Assembly: GCA_008632985.1 (NCBI GenBank)
Contig: QPGO01000208.1
Coordinates: 1 to 64,000 of the forward strand
DNA: 64,000 bases
Source of the DNA: Psammoneis japonica
Taxonomy: Eukaryota
Reading direction: 5' to 3'
The notes beneath the pieces are model-generated. The model did not search any database, was not told where the DNA came from, and saw only the letters and a program-made list of their open reading frames with translations. Shown here one piece after another: positions 24,901-37,472 of the stretch; the stretch's first letter is position 1, and each line of letters begins with the position of its first letter. The translations under genes and the position numbers were made by a program.

Positions 24901-26525
24901 AGAACAGCGCTTTGCTGCTGTGCGAGCAGGCGCGGCGAGGCATTCTTGTTTGATTTCGTCCATCAGTTCTCTCCGAGATGTCTTATGTGGTCACAGATAT
25001 TGAAATGACTCGACATTTCTCCCCTGCGTGCGTGCGATTAGCATAAGTTTTTCGAAAAGACATGTCATAAATAATGAAGAATGCATTGTTCGGTTTCTTC
25101 TCCAGTGCTTCTCTTCTCTCCAAGATATCCGTTGTGGCTGTTTGACAGTCAAACCCATAGATATTATAATGAAATGACTCGTTCGTTTGCTGCGCAAAAA
25201 GACACAACTCTAATAAATAATTAGGTGTTCTAAAAGCCATTATGTAAAGACTTTACGTTCAATTAAAGTGCCTTTGATTCAGTCATAAGTAGAAACGAAA
25301 TCAACTTCATAGCGTAAATAACATTTGAAGTTCGATTGTCGACAAAAGGCGTTCTCTCCATTTTCACCTCAGCGGAGGCAAGCATCTCAAACGCAACTCT
25401 TCTCATTCCGCTTTTTCTCATGGCCGCAAGGTAGTACGACTATTCTGGTTGTGTCGAGAGCACAAGAAGTGAGCAGTTTAATTTCTGACATGGATTTGTT
25501 TGTGCTGTGCAACTCGACAAAGTGATGTTCTCTTGTCATTCCTGCCAGTGTTTCACATGCAACTCTTGCCACTCCATCTCATTTTCGTTTTCTTCCTCTC
25601 ATGACACCTACTAGCCTGACAACTGACAAAGAGCCAAGAGCTCTTGCATGGTGAGCACGAAAGTGAACCACAATAATTGCACTGTTCTGTGACATAATTT
25701 GGTGATTAGCAGCAAGCTCCAATTTCGGAGGATAGAGTAGAGTGATCGAATCGTTCGTTCGAGATGGACGTTGTCATCGTCTTCTTGGTCGTGACACCTT
25801 TTGATAACACTGCCACATTTTTCGTCGTCGATTGTTATTCTGCGATCGAGGGACCGACAGACTGACAGACGACCGCGTCACTTCACCCCGCCCGCGCCGC
25901 CGCGCGGGCGCTCGAACTTCTGCCGCGTCTTTTTTTTGTGGATTTTGCGTTGTCGCTCATCTCAAATTCGAAAATCTGAAAGCAAAGATGATGCCGATTC
26001 AACGAGGCCACCATAGAATATACTGCCGGCACATCCAGCGACTTTTGGCCGATGCATGATGCCACCTCTAATGCCAATCACAATGGCTGCACTATTTCAT
26101 CATCGGGTCATGTCCTCCGGTCACAGTCCTCCGAAAACAATCCGTCACCGGATCCGACGACGACGACGCTTTGTGCGCCAGCGACTGCTTGTAAACTGTG
26201 AGATTCTTGAATGTTAGATTTTTTTCGTTCAGCATGTTTCTTTGCTGTGTGTCAAAACAACTCGTGCTCTGTCTGCAATACGCCTGTACTGCACACGATA
26301 CATAGGTACCATTGACTTGATTAGCTGTCCTCACGCTGCCATTTAATACTCACTTTTTTCTTAACAGGTCTACGTTTAGCAACTTTCACTAGAAGATAAT
26401 CGAAAACTCTTGCGGTAAGCATACATGTATACGATACATGATGTGATGTCTAGCGTTTTTTTGTGGGTTGATGCGCTCAAGTTGTTCTCTCACCTTTGTG
26501 TGTGGCGCTCATATAGTATAGTCGG

Positions 26526-29500
26526 ATGAAAGTTAGCAGCACGTTTCTTCTTCTCGTGGGTTTGGCGGCAAATAGCGTATCCGCCAATGCCTCGACCGGG
26601 CGTGAGTACAAACCACACCTTCGTTCTTCATCATCATGGCTCCCCCAGAGCAGCATGGTTGATGTCACGAGGCTCAACACCGTGACGACTACAACAAGTT
26701 GGTTGCCTTTCGTAAAGGAAGATACTCTTGTTGCAAACAACCACCCTCATGTCGATCGTGGGGGGTTCTTTGACGCGGAAGGCCATCCACACATGACGCT
26801 CGCACAAGGCGATGATGAAAAGATTCATGGTTCTCTCCGCGGTCCTATGCACCACATTCTGGGTGATGAGCGAAGGCTATCAGTTCCATCATGGGTTCAG
26901 TTTGGTCAGGATATTGATGGTGAGGCGATCAATGACCGGTCGGGAAACTCCGTGTCCATGTCGTCGGATGGCACCCGGGTGGCGGTTGGTGCCTTTTTCA
27001 ACGACGGAAATGGTTCTGACTCGGGGCACGTTCGAGTTTACGAACACAATGGATCCATGTGGGTCCAACTTGGTCTGGATATTGACGGTAAGGTGGCGGG
27101 TGACATTTCGGGATTATCCGTGTCCATGTCTTCGGATGGCACCCGGGTGGCGATCGGTGCCCCGGAAAACGATTCAAATGGATCTGGCTCGGGGCACTTT
27201 CGAGTGTATGAATATAATGGATCTATGTGGTCTCAACTTGGTCAAGATGTTAACGGACAATTTGCTGGTGATAATTTGGGGTACAGCGTGTCCATATCGT
27301 CGGATGGCACCAGGGTGGCAGTAGGGGCGCCCTTTAGTGATGGAAATGGTGCCAACTCTGGACGTTCTCGAGTGTATCAATTTGATGGATCCATTTGGGC
27401 TCAGCTGGGACAAGACATTGACGGTGAGGTGGCAGGTGATCAGTCGGGATTCTCTGTTTCCTTGTCGTCGGATGGCTCTAGGGTGGCAATTGGCGCTCCA
27501 TTAAACAGTGCAAATGGTTCTACCTCAGGGCACACTCGCGTATATGAATTCAATGGATCTATGTGGGTCCAGCTTGGTCAAGATATGGATGGAGAGGCGG
27601 CTGGGGATTTTTCGGGACACGCTGTGTCCATGTCGTCGGATGGCATGAGGGTGGCTATTGGTGCTTACGGCAATGATGGAAACGGTTCTGATTCAGGTCA
27701 CGTTCGGGTGTATGAATATAATGGGTCTATGTGGGCCCAGCTTGGTCAGGATATTGAAGGAGAGGCAGCTTCTGATCAGTCGGGCTTGTCTGGTTTATCC
27801 TTGTCGTCTGATGGCTCAAGGGTGGCGATTGGCGCCTATCAAAATGATGGAAATGGTCCCGACTCGGGGCACGTTCGATTGTATGAATATGATGTATCTA
27901 CAACTTCCTGGGTTCAGCTTGGTCAAGATATTGATGGCGAGGCGGTAGATGATCAGTCGGGTATCTCTGTTGCCATGTCGGCGGATGGCTCCAGGGTATC
28001 TGTCGGTGCTCCTTTTAACGATGGAAATGGCTCGAGCTCCGGTCACGTTCGAGTGTACGAATATCAATCTACACCATGTCCAACGCCGTCACCTACAATA
28101 TCTCTATGTACACCGTGGGACCAGCTGGGACAAGATCTTGACGGCGAGGCGGCCGAGGATCTGTCAGGGTTCTCTGTGTCCATGTCGTCGGATGGCTCCA
28201 GAGTAGCTATTGGTGGCTATCTCAATGACGGAAATGGTTCTGGCTCAGGGCACGTCCGAGTTCATGATTATGATGGATCCATGTGGAACCAGCTTGGTCA
28301 GGATATTGACGGTGAGGCGCTTGGTGACCGGTCGGGATTCTCTGTGTCCTTGTCGTCGGATGGCTCAAGGGTGGCTATTGGTGCCTATCTGAATGACGAA
28401 AATGGTTCTAGCTCAGGACACGTTCGCATTTATGATTATGATGGATATATGTGGGTGCAGCTGGGACAAGATATTAACGGGGAGGCGGCTGGGGATTTTT
28501 CGGGTGTCGCTTTGTCCCTGTCATCGGATGGCTCCAGGGTGGCAGTTGGTGCCCCTTTTAATGATGGAAATGGTTTTGAGTCGGGGCACGTTCGAGTGTA
28601 TGAATATAATGGATCTATCTGGGTGAAAATTGGTCAGGATATTGACGGCGAGGCTTTAGGTGATCGGTTGGGAACCTCCGTGTCCATGTCGTCGGATGGC
28701 TCAAGGGTGGCAATTGGTGCCTTCCTAAATGATGGAAATGGTACCAACGCAGGGCACGTTCGATTGGATCCATGTGGGTGCAACTTGCGCATGATATTAA
28801 TGGGGAGGCTGCTTTTGATATTTCGGGAACATCAGTGTCGTTGTCGTCGGATGGCACCAGGGTGGCTATTGGTGCCCCGGAAAACGATGAAAATGGATCA
28901 AACTCGGGGCACATTCGAGTGTATGAATATGATGGATCCACTACATTGCTTCAGCTCGGTCAAGATATTGACGGACAATTTGCTGGTGATAATTTTGGAC
29001 ACAGTGTGTCCATGTCGTCGAATGGCATGAGGTTGGCAATTGGTGCCCCTTTCAATGATGGAAATGGAGCCAACGCAGGGCGTGCACGAGTGTATCAATA
29101 TGATGGAACCATGTGGGCGAAAGTCGGACAGGATATTGAAGGCGAGGCTGCTGGAGATCAGTCGGGATACTCTGTTTCCATGTCTTCAGATGGCACTAGG
29201 GTGGCAATTGGTGCCAATCACAATTCAGGAAATGGTTTCAGGTCGGGGCACGTTCGAGTGTATGATGGATCGTGCACAACACCGTTGCCTACACCAACTC
29301 CAACGCCGAGTCCAACTCCAGCACCCACGCCATCCCCTACACCAGCGCCGACGCCGAGTCCAACACCGTTACCGACTCCTTCTCCCACACTGAGTCCTAC
29401 TTCAAGCCCTACTGCTGCTCCGACGCCGTCACCTACGCCAGCGCCAACGCCGAGTCCGACACCGAGTCCAACACCTGCTCCAACGCAGTCACCGACTCCT

Positions 29501-32500
29501 TCTCCAACACCTGCTCCAACTCCAAGCCCTACTGCTGCTCCGACACCGTCACCTACTCCAGCGCCAACACCGAGTCCGACACCTGCACCGACACCGAGTC
29601 CAACACCTGCTCCAACGCCATCACCGACTCCTTCTCCCACACTGAGTCCTACTTCAAGCCCTACTGCTGCTCCGACGCCGTCACCTACGCCAGCACCAAC
29701 GCCAAGTCCGACACCTGCTCCGACACCGAGTCCAACACCTGCTCCAACGCCGTCACCGACTCCTTCTCCTACACCAACTCCAACTCCAAGCCCTACACCT
29801 GCTCCGACGCCGTCACCCACTCCAGCGCCAACGCCGAGTCCGACACCTGCACCGACACCGAGTCCGACACCTGCTCCAACGCCATCACCGACTCCTACTC
29901 CTACACCTGCTCCAACTGCAAGCCCTACACCTGCTCCGACGCCGTCACCTACTCCATCGCCAACACCGAGTCCGACACCGAGTCCAACACCTGCTCCAAC
30001 GCCATCACCGACTCCTACTCCTACACCTGCTCCAACGCCGTCACCGACTCCTTCTCCTACACCAGCTCCAACTCCAAGCCCTACACCTGCTCCGACGCCG
30101 TCACCTACTCCATCGCCAACACCGAGTCCGACACCGAGTCCAACACCTGCTCCAACGCCATCACCGACTCCTACTCCTACACCTGCTCCAACGCCGTCAC
30201 CGACTCCTTCTCCTACACCAGCTCCAACTCCAAGCCCTACACCTGCTCCGACGCCGTCACCCACTCCAGCGCCAACGCCGAGTCCGACACCTGCACCGAC
30301 ACCGAGTCCAACACCTGCTCCAACGCCGTCACCGACTCCTTCTCCTACACCAGCTCCAACTGCAAGCCCTACACCTGCTCCGACGCCGTCACCTACTCCA
30401 TCGCCAACACCGAGTCCGACATCTACACCGACACCGAGTCCAACACCTACACCAACGCCGTCACCGACTCCTTCTCCTACACCAGCTCCGTCTCCAAGCC
30501 CTACACCTGCTCCGACGCCGTCACCCACTCCAGCGCCAACGCCGAGTCCGACACCTGCACCGACACCGAGTCCAACACCTGCTCCAACGCCGTCACCGAC
30601 TCCTTCTCCTACACCAGCTCCAACTGCAAGCCCTACACCTGCTCCGACGCCGTCACCTACTCCATCGCCAACACCGAGTCCGACACCGAGTCCAACACCT
30701 GCTCCAACGCCATCACCGACTCCTACTCCTACACCTGCTCCAACGCCGTCACCGACTCCTTCTCCTACACCAGCTCCAACTCCAAGCCCTACACCTGCTC
30801 CGACGCCGTCACCTACTCCACCGCCAACACCTGCTCCAACACCGAGTCCAACACCTGCTCCAACGCAGTCACCGACTCCTTCTCCAACACCTGCTCCAAC
30901 TCCAAGCCCTACTGCTGCTCCGACACCGTCACCTACTCCAGCGCCAACACCGAGTCCGACACCTGCACCGACACCGAGTCCAACACCTCCTCCAACGCCA
31001 TCACCGACTCCTATTCCTACACCAGCCCCAACTCCAAGCCCTACACCTGCTCCTACGCCGTCACCTACTCCAGCGCCAACGCCATCACCGAGTCCTTCTC
31101 CGACACCGAGTCCTACTCCAAGCCCTACTCCTGCACCTACACCTGCTCCGACGCCGTCACCTACTCCAGCGCCAACGCCGAGTCCGACGCCTGCTCCAAC
31201 GCCATCACCGACTCCTTCTCCGACACTGAGTCCTACTCCAAGCCTTACTCTTGCCCCTACACCTGCTCCGACGCCGTCACCTACTCCAGTGCCAACGCCG
31301 AGTCCGACGCCTGCACCAACGCCGAGTCCAACGCCTGCCCCAACGCCGTCACCGACTCCTTCTCCTACACCAGCCCCAACTCCAAGCCCTACGCCGTCAT
31401 CGACTCCTTCTCCAACACCGAGTCCTACTCCTGCACCAACACCTGCTCCGACATCGTCACCTACTCAAGCTCCAACGCCGAGTCCGTCACCTGCCCCGAC
31501 TACTTCTCCTACACCAAGTCCGACGCCGTCACCAACTCCTTCTGATACACCGAGTACCGCTTCAAACCCTGCTCCTGCAGCTGCACCCGATCCTACGCCG
31601 TCACCTGCTCCAACGCCGAGTCCAACTGCTGCGCCCACACCTGCTCCGACGCTGTCACCGACTCCAGCACCGACACAGTCACCTACCCCTGCTCCTCCTG
31701 TAAGTTTTAATCGCTGACAACTCGCTGCTGTCAATCAATTTGATAAGACAAATGAAAGTTCTAAACATCACCTGTAATTCCATTCTCTTGCAGCTGGGAG
31801 CTTGCTGTAACATTGAAGCTTGCTCCATTCTCTCTGAGGATGACTGTTTGCGTCAGATACCATCAGCTGGTCGCATTCGGCAACTGGCATTCCGTGCCGA
31901 ATGGAAAGGACCCAGTAGCACCTGCGAAATGGACTGCAAAGGAGCATGTTGCCCAGACCCGGAATCTGAGAAGGTTTGTTTCAAGGGAACTGAAATTGAA
32001 TGCTATGCAAATGGGGGCAAATTTGCAAACTATGGCGTAACGTGTGAGAATGCAAATTGCCCTACCTCGCCTCCCACGACTTCTCCAACCGTGAGCCCTA
32101 CCATGGCTCCAACTACACCGGCTCCGACGAAAGCAGCTTCCACCATTACCCCGGTTCCCACCAAAGCTCCTACTCTCCCACCGTCTCAATTTGATCAAAA
32201 CCCTGGTGCCTGCTGTACCTTGTTTGATGGATGTAAGTTCTATTCGCAGGAGACGTGCGCGTTGGGTGGGGGCGTTTTTCAAGGACCTGGCAAAAAGTGC
32301 AACGACGATTCCGTCGAATGTCCAACCAAAGGAGCTTGCTGCATGGAGGATGGATGCAAGATAGCCTTCAAGAAGCAGTGCAGCAATCATAATGGCATGT
32401 TTCAGGGATTTGGTGTAGATTGTGAACTCGGTTTGTGCCCGACCATACCGCCAACACCTGCTCCTACCACCGCACCGGATACGTCAAAGCCCACCGCTAC

Positions 32501-33539
32501 TCCTCCTGCGACTGGAGCGTGCTGCCATGTCGAGGACGGAAGCTGCAAGGATTCTCCTGAAGAAGACTGCTATACAGGTGTATTTCTCGGACTCGGTTCC
32601 AAGTGCAAGCCGGGCGTATGCCCCACAAGGACGTCCCCTGGCGCTTGTTGCCTTGCCAGCGGGGAGTGTCGATTCTGGTCACAAACGACATGCGCCAACA
32701 ATGGATTGCTTTTTCTTGGTCCTGGTACAAGCTGTAAGAATGCTGTGTGCCCGGTAAAGAATTCAACCCCACCCCCTGCTTTTCAGACGAAACCGCTACT
32801 AGGGGCATGCTGCTTGAACAGTGGTGGACTTTGTCGTAACCTCAGGCCGGGCGTTTGCAGGAAAAAGTATGGCAAGTTTTTGGGTATCGGCACTGAGTGC
32901 AACCCCGATAATACGACGTGTCCTACCGTCAATAAGCCTCCGACGCCGACTCTCGCACCTCGTGCCCACAAGAGAGGGGCTTGTTGTTTCAAGAATGGCA
33001 TAGTTTGTCGTTTCATTGCACCTCGCAGTTGCGAGAAAAGGCACGGCAAATTTGTGGGTCAAGGTGTAAAGTGCGGCCCCAACAACTCGTGTCCAACTGA
33101 TAATCGCTCCGACACGGACAATAATAAGATGGGGTCGTGTTGCTTTTCCAAAAAGGGTATTTGCATAATTCTTGTCGGAAAAACGTGCATCAAAAAGGGA
33201 GGTCACTGGGGCGGTGCTGACACCAGGTGTTCCAGAAAGATATGCCCCGCGGCCTATGGTGGTTGCTGTCTACCAAGTGGACATTGCAAGATTGCTTCCA
33301 CTGCATCTTGCAATAGTAAGAAGGGTCGTTATCAAGGATCGGGAACGAGATGCAACAATAGCGGAGGAGTTAGATGTGCTTTTCCCAATGAGAAGCCTGG
33401 CGCTTGCTGCTGGAAGAATGGCAAGTGTATGATATTGACAAAGTCAAAATGCTTGAAGAGGGGAGGCTTGTTCAAGGGCTCTGGAATGCCCTGCAAGAAA
33501 CGCACCTGCCCCATTGATCCTCGTTATTATAAGAAGTGA
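26526..33539 (+). CDS. Giant secreted protein: signal peptide/RRL propeptide, 2 x 7 FG-GAP-like beta-propeller repeats, ~800-aa Pro/Thr/Ser/Ala stalk, 11 GACC cysteine repeats; frameshift at ~28765; intron 31700-31793
   Basis: 14 [10 protein letters not shown]…[25 protein letters not shown] repeats. The GTAAGT…TTGCAG intron joins the 28772 and 31740 ORFs in phase 0. A ~13-nt loss (CGATT^GGATCC vs CGATTGTATGAATATGATG) shifts the frame between blades 11 and 12. Confidence 0.85.
29278..31699 (+). repeat. Coding minisatellite, (PTPS/PTPA)n mucin/extensin-like stalk
   Basis: 12-nt based repeats with higher-order duplications, read directly from the sequence. Confidence 0.97.
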
Positions 33540-33839
33540 GCGTCGGTTTTTGCGGGGTATAACACAGCAACCCATTTACGTAGACGTCATCAACAAGAAT
33601 GAATAATCTAAGAATAATTATGCGCTGTACATAGTGCTTTCGAATGCATTTTCGTTTCGTCAAAACAGCACACGATATTGTAAAGATGACATGCTGTATG
33701 AGAACCGCCGACTTACTATTTACAAACTACTCTACCTTTGCTCATGGAGCATGGGAGTTTTACTAACGGGTTTCGGACATATACACTGTAGTCGATTGCA
33801 GTTCCTCATTGATTCCATTGCTAGCTACAGTGCTGCAGC

Positions 33840-34742
33840 TTATACAAGACGGGCCTTCTTGCGTGCTTGGCGGAGCTTATCCTCTAGCTCTTCACTGCTC
33901 TTTTCAAGGGTGGCGCGATCCGCTTCACCCTCATCAGCTTCCTCGCCAGATGCCTGAAGCGTAGCAGCCTCGACGGGGGTCTCAGCAATACCAGAGGCAC
34001 CGGACTCGATAAGGTCGAGACAGAGGTAACGAATAATGCGGTCATGAAGATGTCCCAAGCAAGCATCGCCAGTTAAGAACCTCTCGTCACGGAAGTCGGG
34101 ATTAGCGGCGAGACCGTTGTTGTACAGCCTGTAGAGCACAATCAAGCATGCATCAGGCGAAAGAATGAAAACTTCTGCCTTGGTCGTCAAACACATATCA
34201 GTTTGGACAAACGTCATGGAGTTCTTGGCGTACTTCTTCTTCATTGAAACTCTGCGAAACCAGCCAGCCGTTTCGACGATCTTCTGATTTGAGACCATGA
34301 GCGAGTGTTGATCTTGACACTTGCGATACGCTTGAGCTTGAACACCCTTGCAATGCTCATATTCCTCTTCCGCTGCATAGAGCTGTGCTCGAAGCTCGTT
34401 CAACTTCATTGAAGCTACGTTGCACTTCTCCGTGGTTGCTTCAAAGTGCTTGCTCTTGCCTTGCATGTCGATCATGAGATCCGTTTGCTTATCACAAGCG
34501 TTGTCAAAGCATGCACTCAACTCTTCTGGACTAAGTTCCTCGCACTCCTTCTTGAACTCAGGGTGTACTTGATAGTTGCGAGAGATCAGAGTTGGACCAA
34601 AATGCGATCGATGAGCCATGAGACTAGCAGCAAACGCACACATTTCCTCGATTTTGCGCTTCCTCTTGTTCGGCGTTTCGATCGCCGCTACTCCTGCATC
34701 GTCAGAAAAAGCTTTCGCTTTCGCGGCTTGGCTGAAGTACAT
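33840..34742 (-). CDS. Hypothetical coiled-coil protein (~300 aa)
   Basis: Stop-free frame; likely start MYFSQAAK at 34742; NLS-like PNKRKRK; heptad-rich middle and C-terminus. Confidence 0.6.
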   Translation of the reverse strand: MYFSQAAKAKAFSDDAGVAAIETPNKRKRKIEEMCAFAASLMAHRSHFGPTLISRNYQVHPEFKKECEELSPEELSACFDNACDKQTDLMIDMQGKSKHFEATTEKCNVASMKLNELRAQLYAAEEEYEHCKGVQAQAYRKCQDQHSLMVSNQKIVETAGWFRRVSMKKKYAKNSMTFVQTDMCLTTKAEVFILSPDACLIVLYRLYNNGLAANPDFRDERFLTGDACLGHLHDRIIRYLCLDLIESGASGIAETPVEAATLQASGEEADEGEADRATLEKSSEELEDKLRQARKKARLV

Positions 34743-35140
34743 GATGAAGGTTGGAAAAGAGTGGTCGCTGTTGACTGCTTGGTGCTTGGAGGAGACTTGG
34801 ATGACAGATATGCAATGTTCTTGATCAGAGAAATATTGTGAGACTTGCGAAGTTTTGCTCTTTCGTCGTTCCCACAGGCATGACTGCACGTAGGTTTGAT
34901 ACCATCTTCTACGCACGAGTTCCATCGTCAACGGCGAAAGAAGACGAAACGGGCGCGCGAGTGGTAACGGCAGCCTCATTCGCGCACGCGAATCGCGCAA
35001 TTGTTCGGCAATTCTTTCCACGTGGAAGAAACTTCTTCATCCAGCATGCAGCCGCAGGAGGCCGTGGTGTGTGGTGTCAAAATTGAAAGTACCGCGGTGT
35101 CTTGCAAGCTACGGTAGTGTGTTACGAATCAAACTCCACC

Positions 35141-37216
35141 ATGTGCACGTCAAAAAGAGCGATTATTCGTATTGCCACCGCCGCTGCTTTGTGGTTGGCA
35201 AGTGGTGTCGTAGGTTCTTGCAGAGCCTTTATCACGAAGCCAGAAACGCGACGACGAATGTTTTGTTTCTCGAAGATACCACAACATTGTAAGCCACCAT
35301 CACGTCGCTCCCTAGCAACAAAATCACGACTTGAAATGACACCGCCCACTACTACGAATGATTCCAAAAACTTTGCTTCACTTTATGAATTCAATAGAGA
35401 ATTAGATCGATTGGCAGAACTCTGCGGTAACAGCAACAAGCAGAACGAAAACGACAATACGTTTGTGGTGTCGTGTGCCGCCGATTGCGAAGCACTCTAC
35501 CATGAAGCACCGTTGGGGGTGGATGTTGTTTCCTTTAATACAGTACTCAAGGCTTGGAATCGGGTTGCGGGAACCATGCAGGAACAACAACACGCAGCGA
35601 TACGAAACTACCAACAAGAAGAAGATTTTCAAGCCTCTGCGTTGTCCTTGCCCGTGCCGGTGTACACACCGCGAGATGCAGCCGCAAGAGCAACCAAGCT
35701 ATTGGTGGATATGGAAAGTCGAGTAGTATCCCAGAATAATGAAACTAGTCATGGACATCTGGTTGTTCCGGATCGAACGTCGTACAACATTGTGATTGGT
35801 AAGTTTAAGAAAAGTGTGAGATTTGTGATCTGACTGTGGTTGTTGTTGCTGCTGCTGACAAGAGTATACCTTCTAGTATGTTTGCACTGTTTCTCAACCC
35901 GAATTCACACATATTTCTTACACATTAAGTTTATTGTTTGCTCAAATATTGTAGACGCGTGGGCCAAGAGTCACGTGTCGGAAGCCCCACGACAAGCGGA
36001 GAAACTGTTGCAGCAATTGAAGAAACACCAGCAATTACAACCCGACACGCTCAGTTACAACTGTGTTTTGCAAGCATGGGTCGACGCTGCCGCTGATACG
36101 TCTGATGCGCATGCCTTGGATCATATGCAACAACTGTATCAAGAAATGAAAAGCTCGTCCAATTCAAGCGGTGTCAATCCAACTATTCGAACAGTCAATA
36201 CCATGATTCGTGGTTATGCCAAACGCATTGCTCATGTCAAGTACGACAATGATTATTGTCAAGAGCTTGCAGTCAAGGCACATGATTTATTGAATGACAT
36301 GCAAAAGCAATACAATCAAACAGGTGACAGTGCGTACCTTCCAGACGTGTCAACGTACACGTCGGTCATGGATGCTTATGGCAAAGGCGGTACGGTCGCT
36401 GCCACGCTCAAAGCACAAGAGCTCTTGCAAGAATTGGAATTGGCCTACGCCACGACTCAAGACGAACGACTGAAACCAAACTACCGTGCGTATACGGCCA
36501 TGATTGTGGCTTGGTCCAATGTAGCCAAGATTTATCCACAGGCACCACAATTGGGACAAGCGCTCTTGGAAAAAATGGAATTGTTAGGCCAAGATACTAG
36601 CAGCAACGTCAAGCCCAACGCACGATCGTACACTGCTGCCATTCAGTGTTGGGCCAAATCACGAGATCCACTCAAAGCACAACACGCCTTACGGATTTTG
36701 AAGAAAGTACGGGACAATTACAAGGAGAACAATGGAGCAAAACCAAACCTCTTCGTGTATAACGCTGGTACGTATTTACTGATCTGTTTTCGTATGATTA
36801 TGGTAACTTTTGCACTTTAACTCATTATACGTCCTCTACTCAAATCTTCAGCCATGGACTCTTGTGCAAGGTGTCAGGGTACTACGGCGCAACAAACAGA
36901 AGCTTTGAAGATTGCGTTTGCCATGCTCAAATCTCTCGAACTCGAAAAGGATCTCCGTCCCAATCACGTGACGTACGCCATCTTGCTCAAGGCAGTGGCG
37001 TCCTTGTTGCCGAGTGGTCCGGAACGAAATTCGGTCGCCTCTGCTGTTTTTGCCAAGTGTCAAAAGGCCGGCATGGTGGAAGAAAGCACACTCAAATCCT
37101 TGAGAATGGCCATGGACAACCAGGAAATTACAAGCTTGTTCAAGGACTACTACGATGACAAGGGAAAGGTTCAGTTTGAAAAGTTGCCGTGGTCGTGGAA
37201 GAAAAATGTTGTCTAG
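35141..37216 (+). CDS. Pentatricopeptide-repeat (PPR) protein, probably plastid-targeted; exons 35141-35798, 35955-36767, 36852-37216
   Basis: PPR motifs DVVSFNTVLKAW, PDRTSYNIVIDAWAKS, PDTLSYNCVLQAW, PDVSTYTSVMDAYGK, PNARSYTAAIQCWAKS. Two GT-AG introns keep the frame. Signal peptide ends CRA-FIT. Confidence 0.92.
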
Positions 37217-37284
37217 AGTAGTAGTGTAGTAGAGAGAGAGAGCGGAGCTATCACTATTTTTGACTGCTACATTACCAGAGAGAA

Positions 37285-37472
37285 ACCAACATTGTTGCAA
37301 CGTTTACATCCAATAATACGCTGGTGCTATACAAACTTTAATTGTCAAGACATAGAAAACAATCCGACGAACCAACCTCGCTGACTCCGGACCAACATTG
37401 TTGCTACGTTTACATCCGCTACACTGGTGCTATACAAACTATTATCGCTCAAGACATAGAAAACGATCCGAC
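37285..37472 (+). repeat. Tandem duplication (~106-bp period) between convergent gene ends
   Basis: ACCAACATTGTTGC.ACGTTTACATCC…CTGGTGCTATACAAACT…CAAGACATAGAAAAC.ATCCGAC at ~37285 and ~37391. Confidence 0.85.

Noticed and set aside
29218..31545. ORFs 29218-30528 (-) and 29272-31545 (+) as separate genes
   Set aside because: Shadow frames of the PTPS minisatellite.
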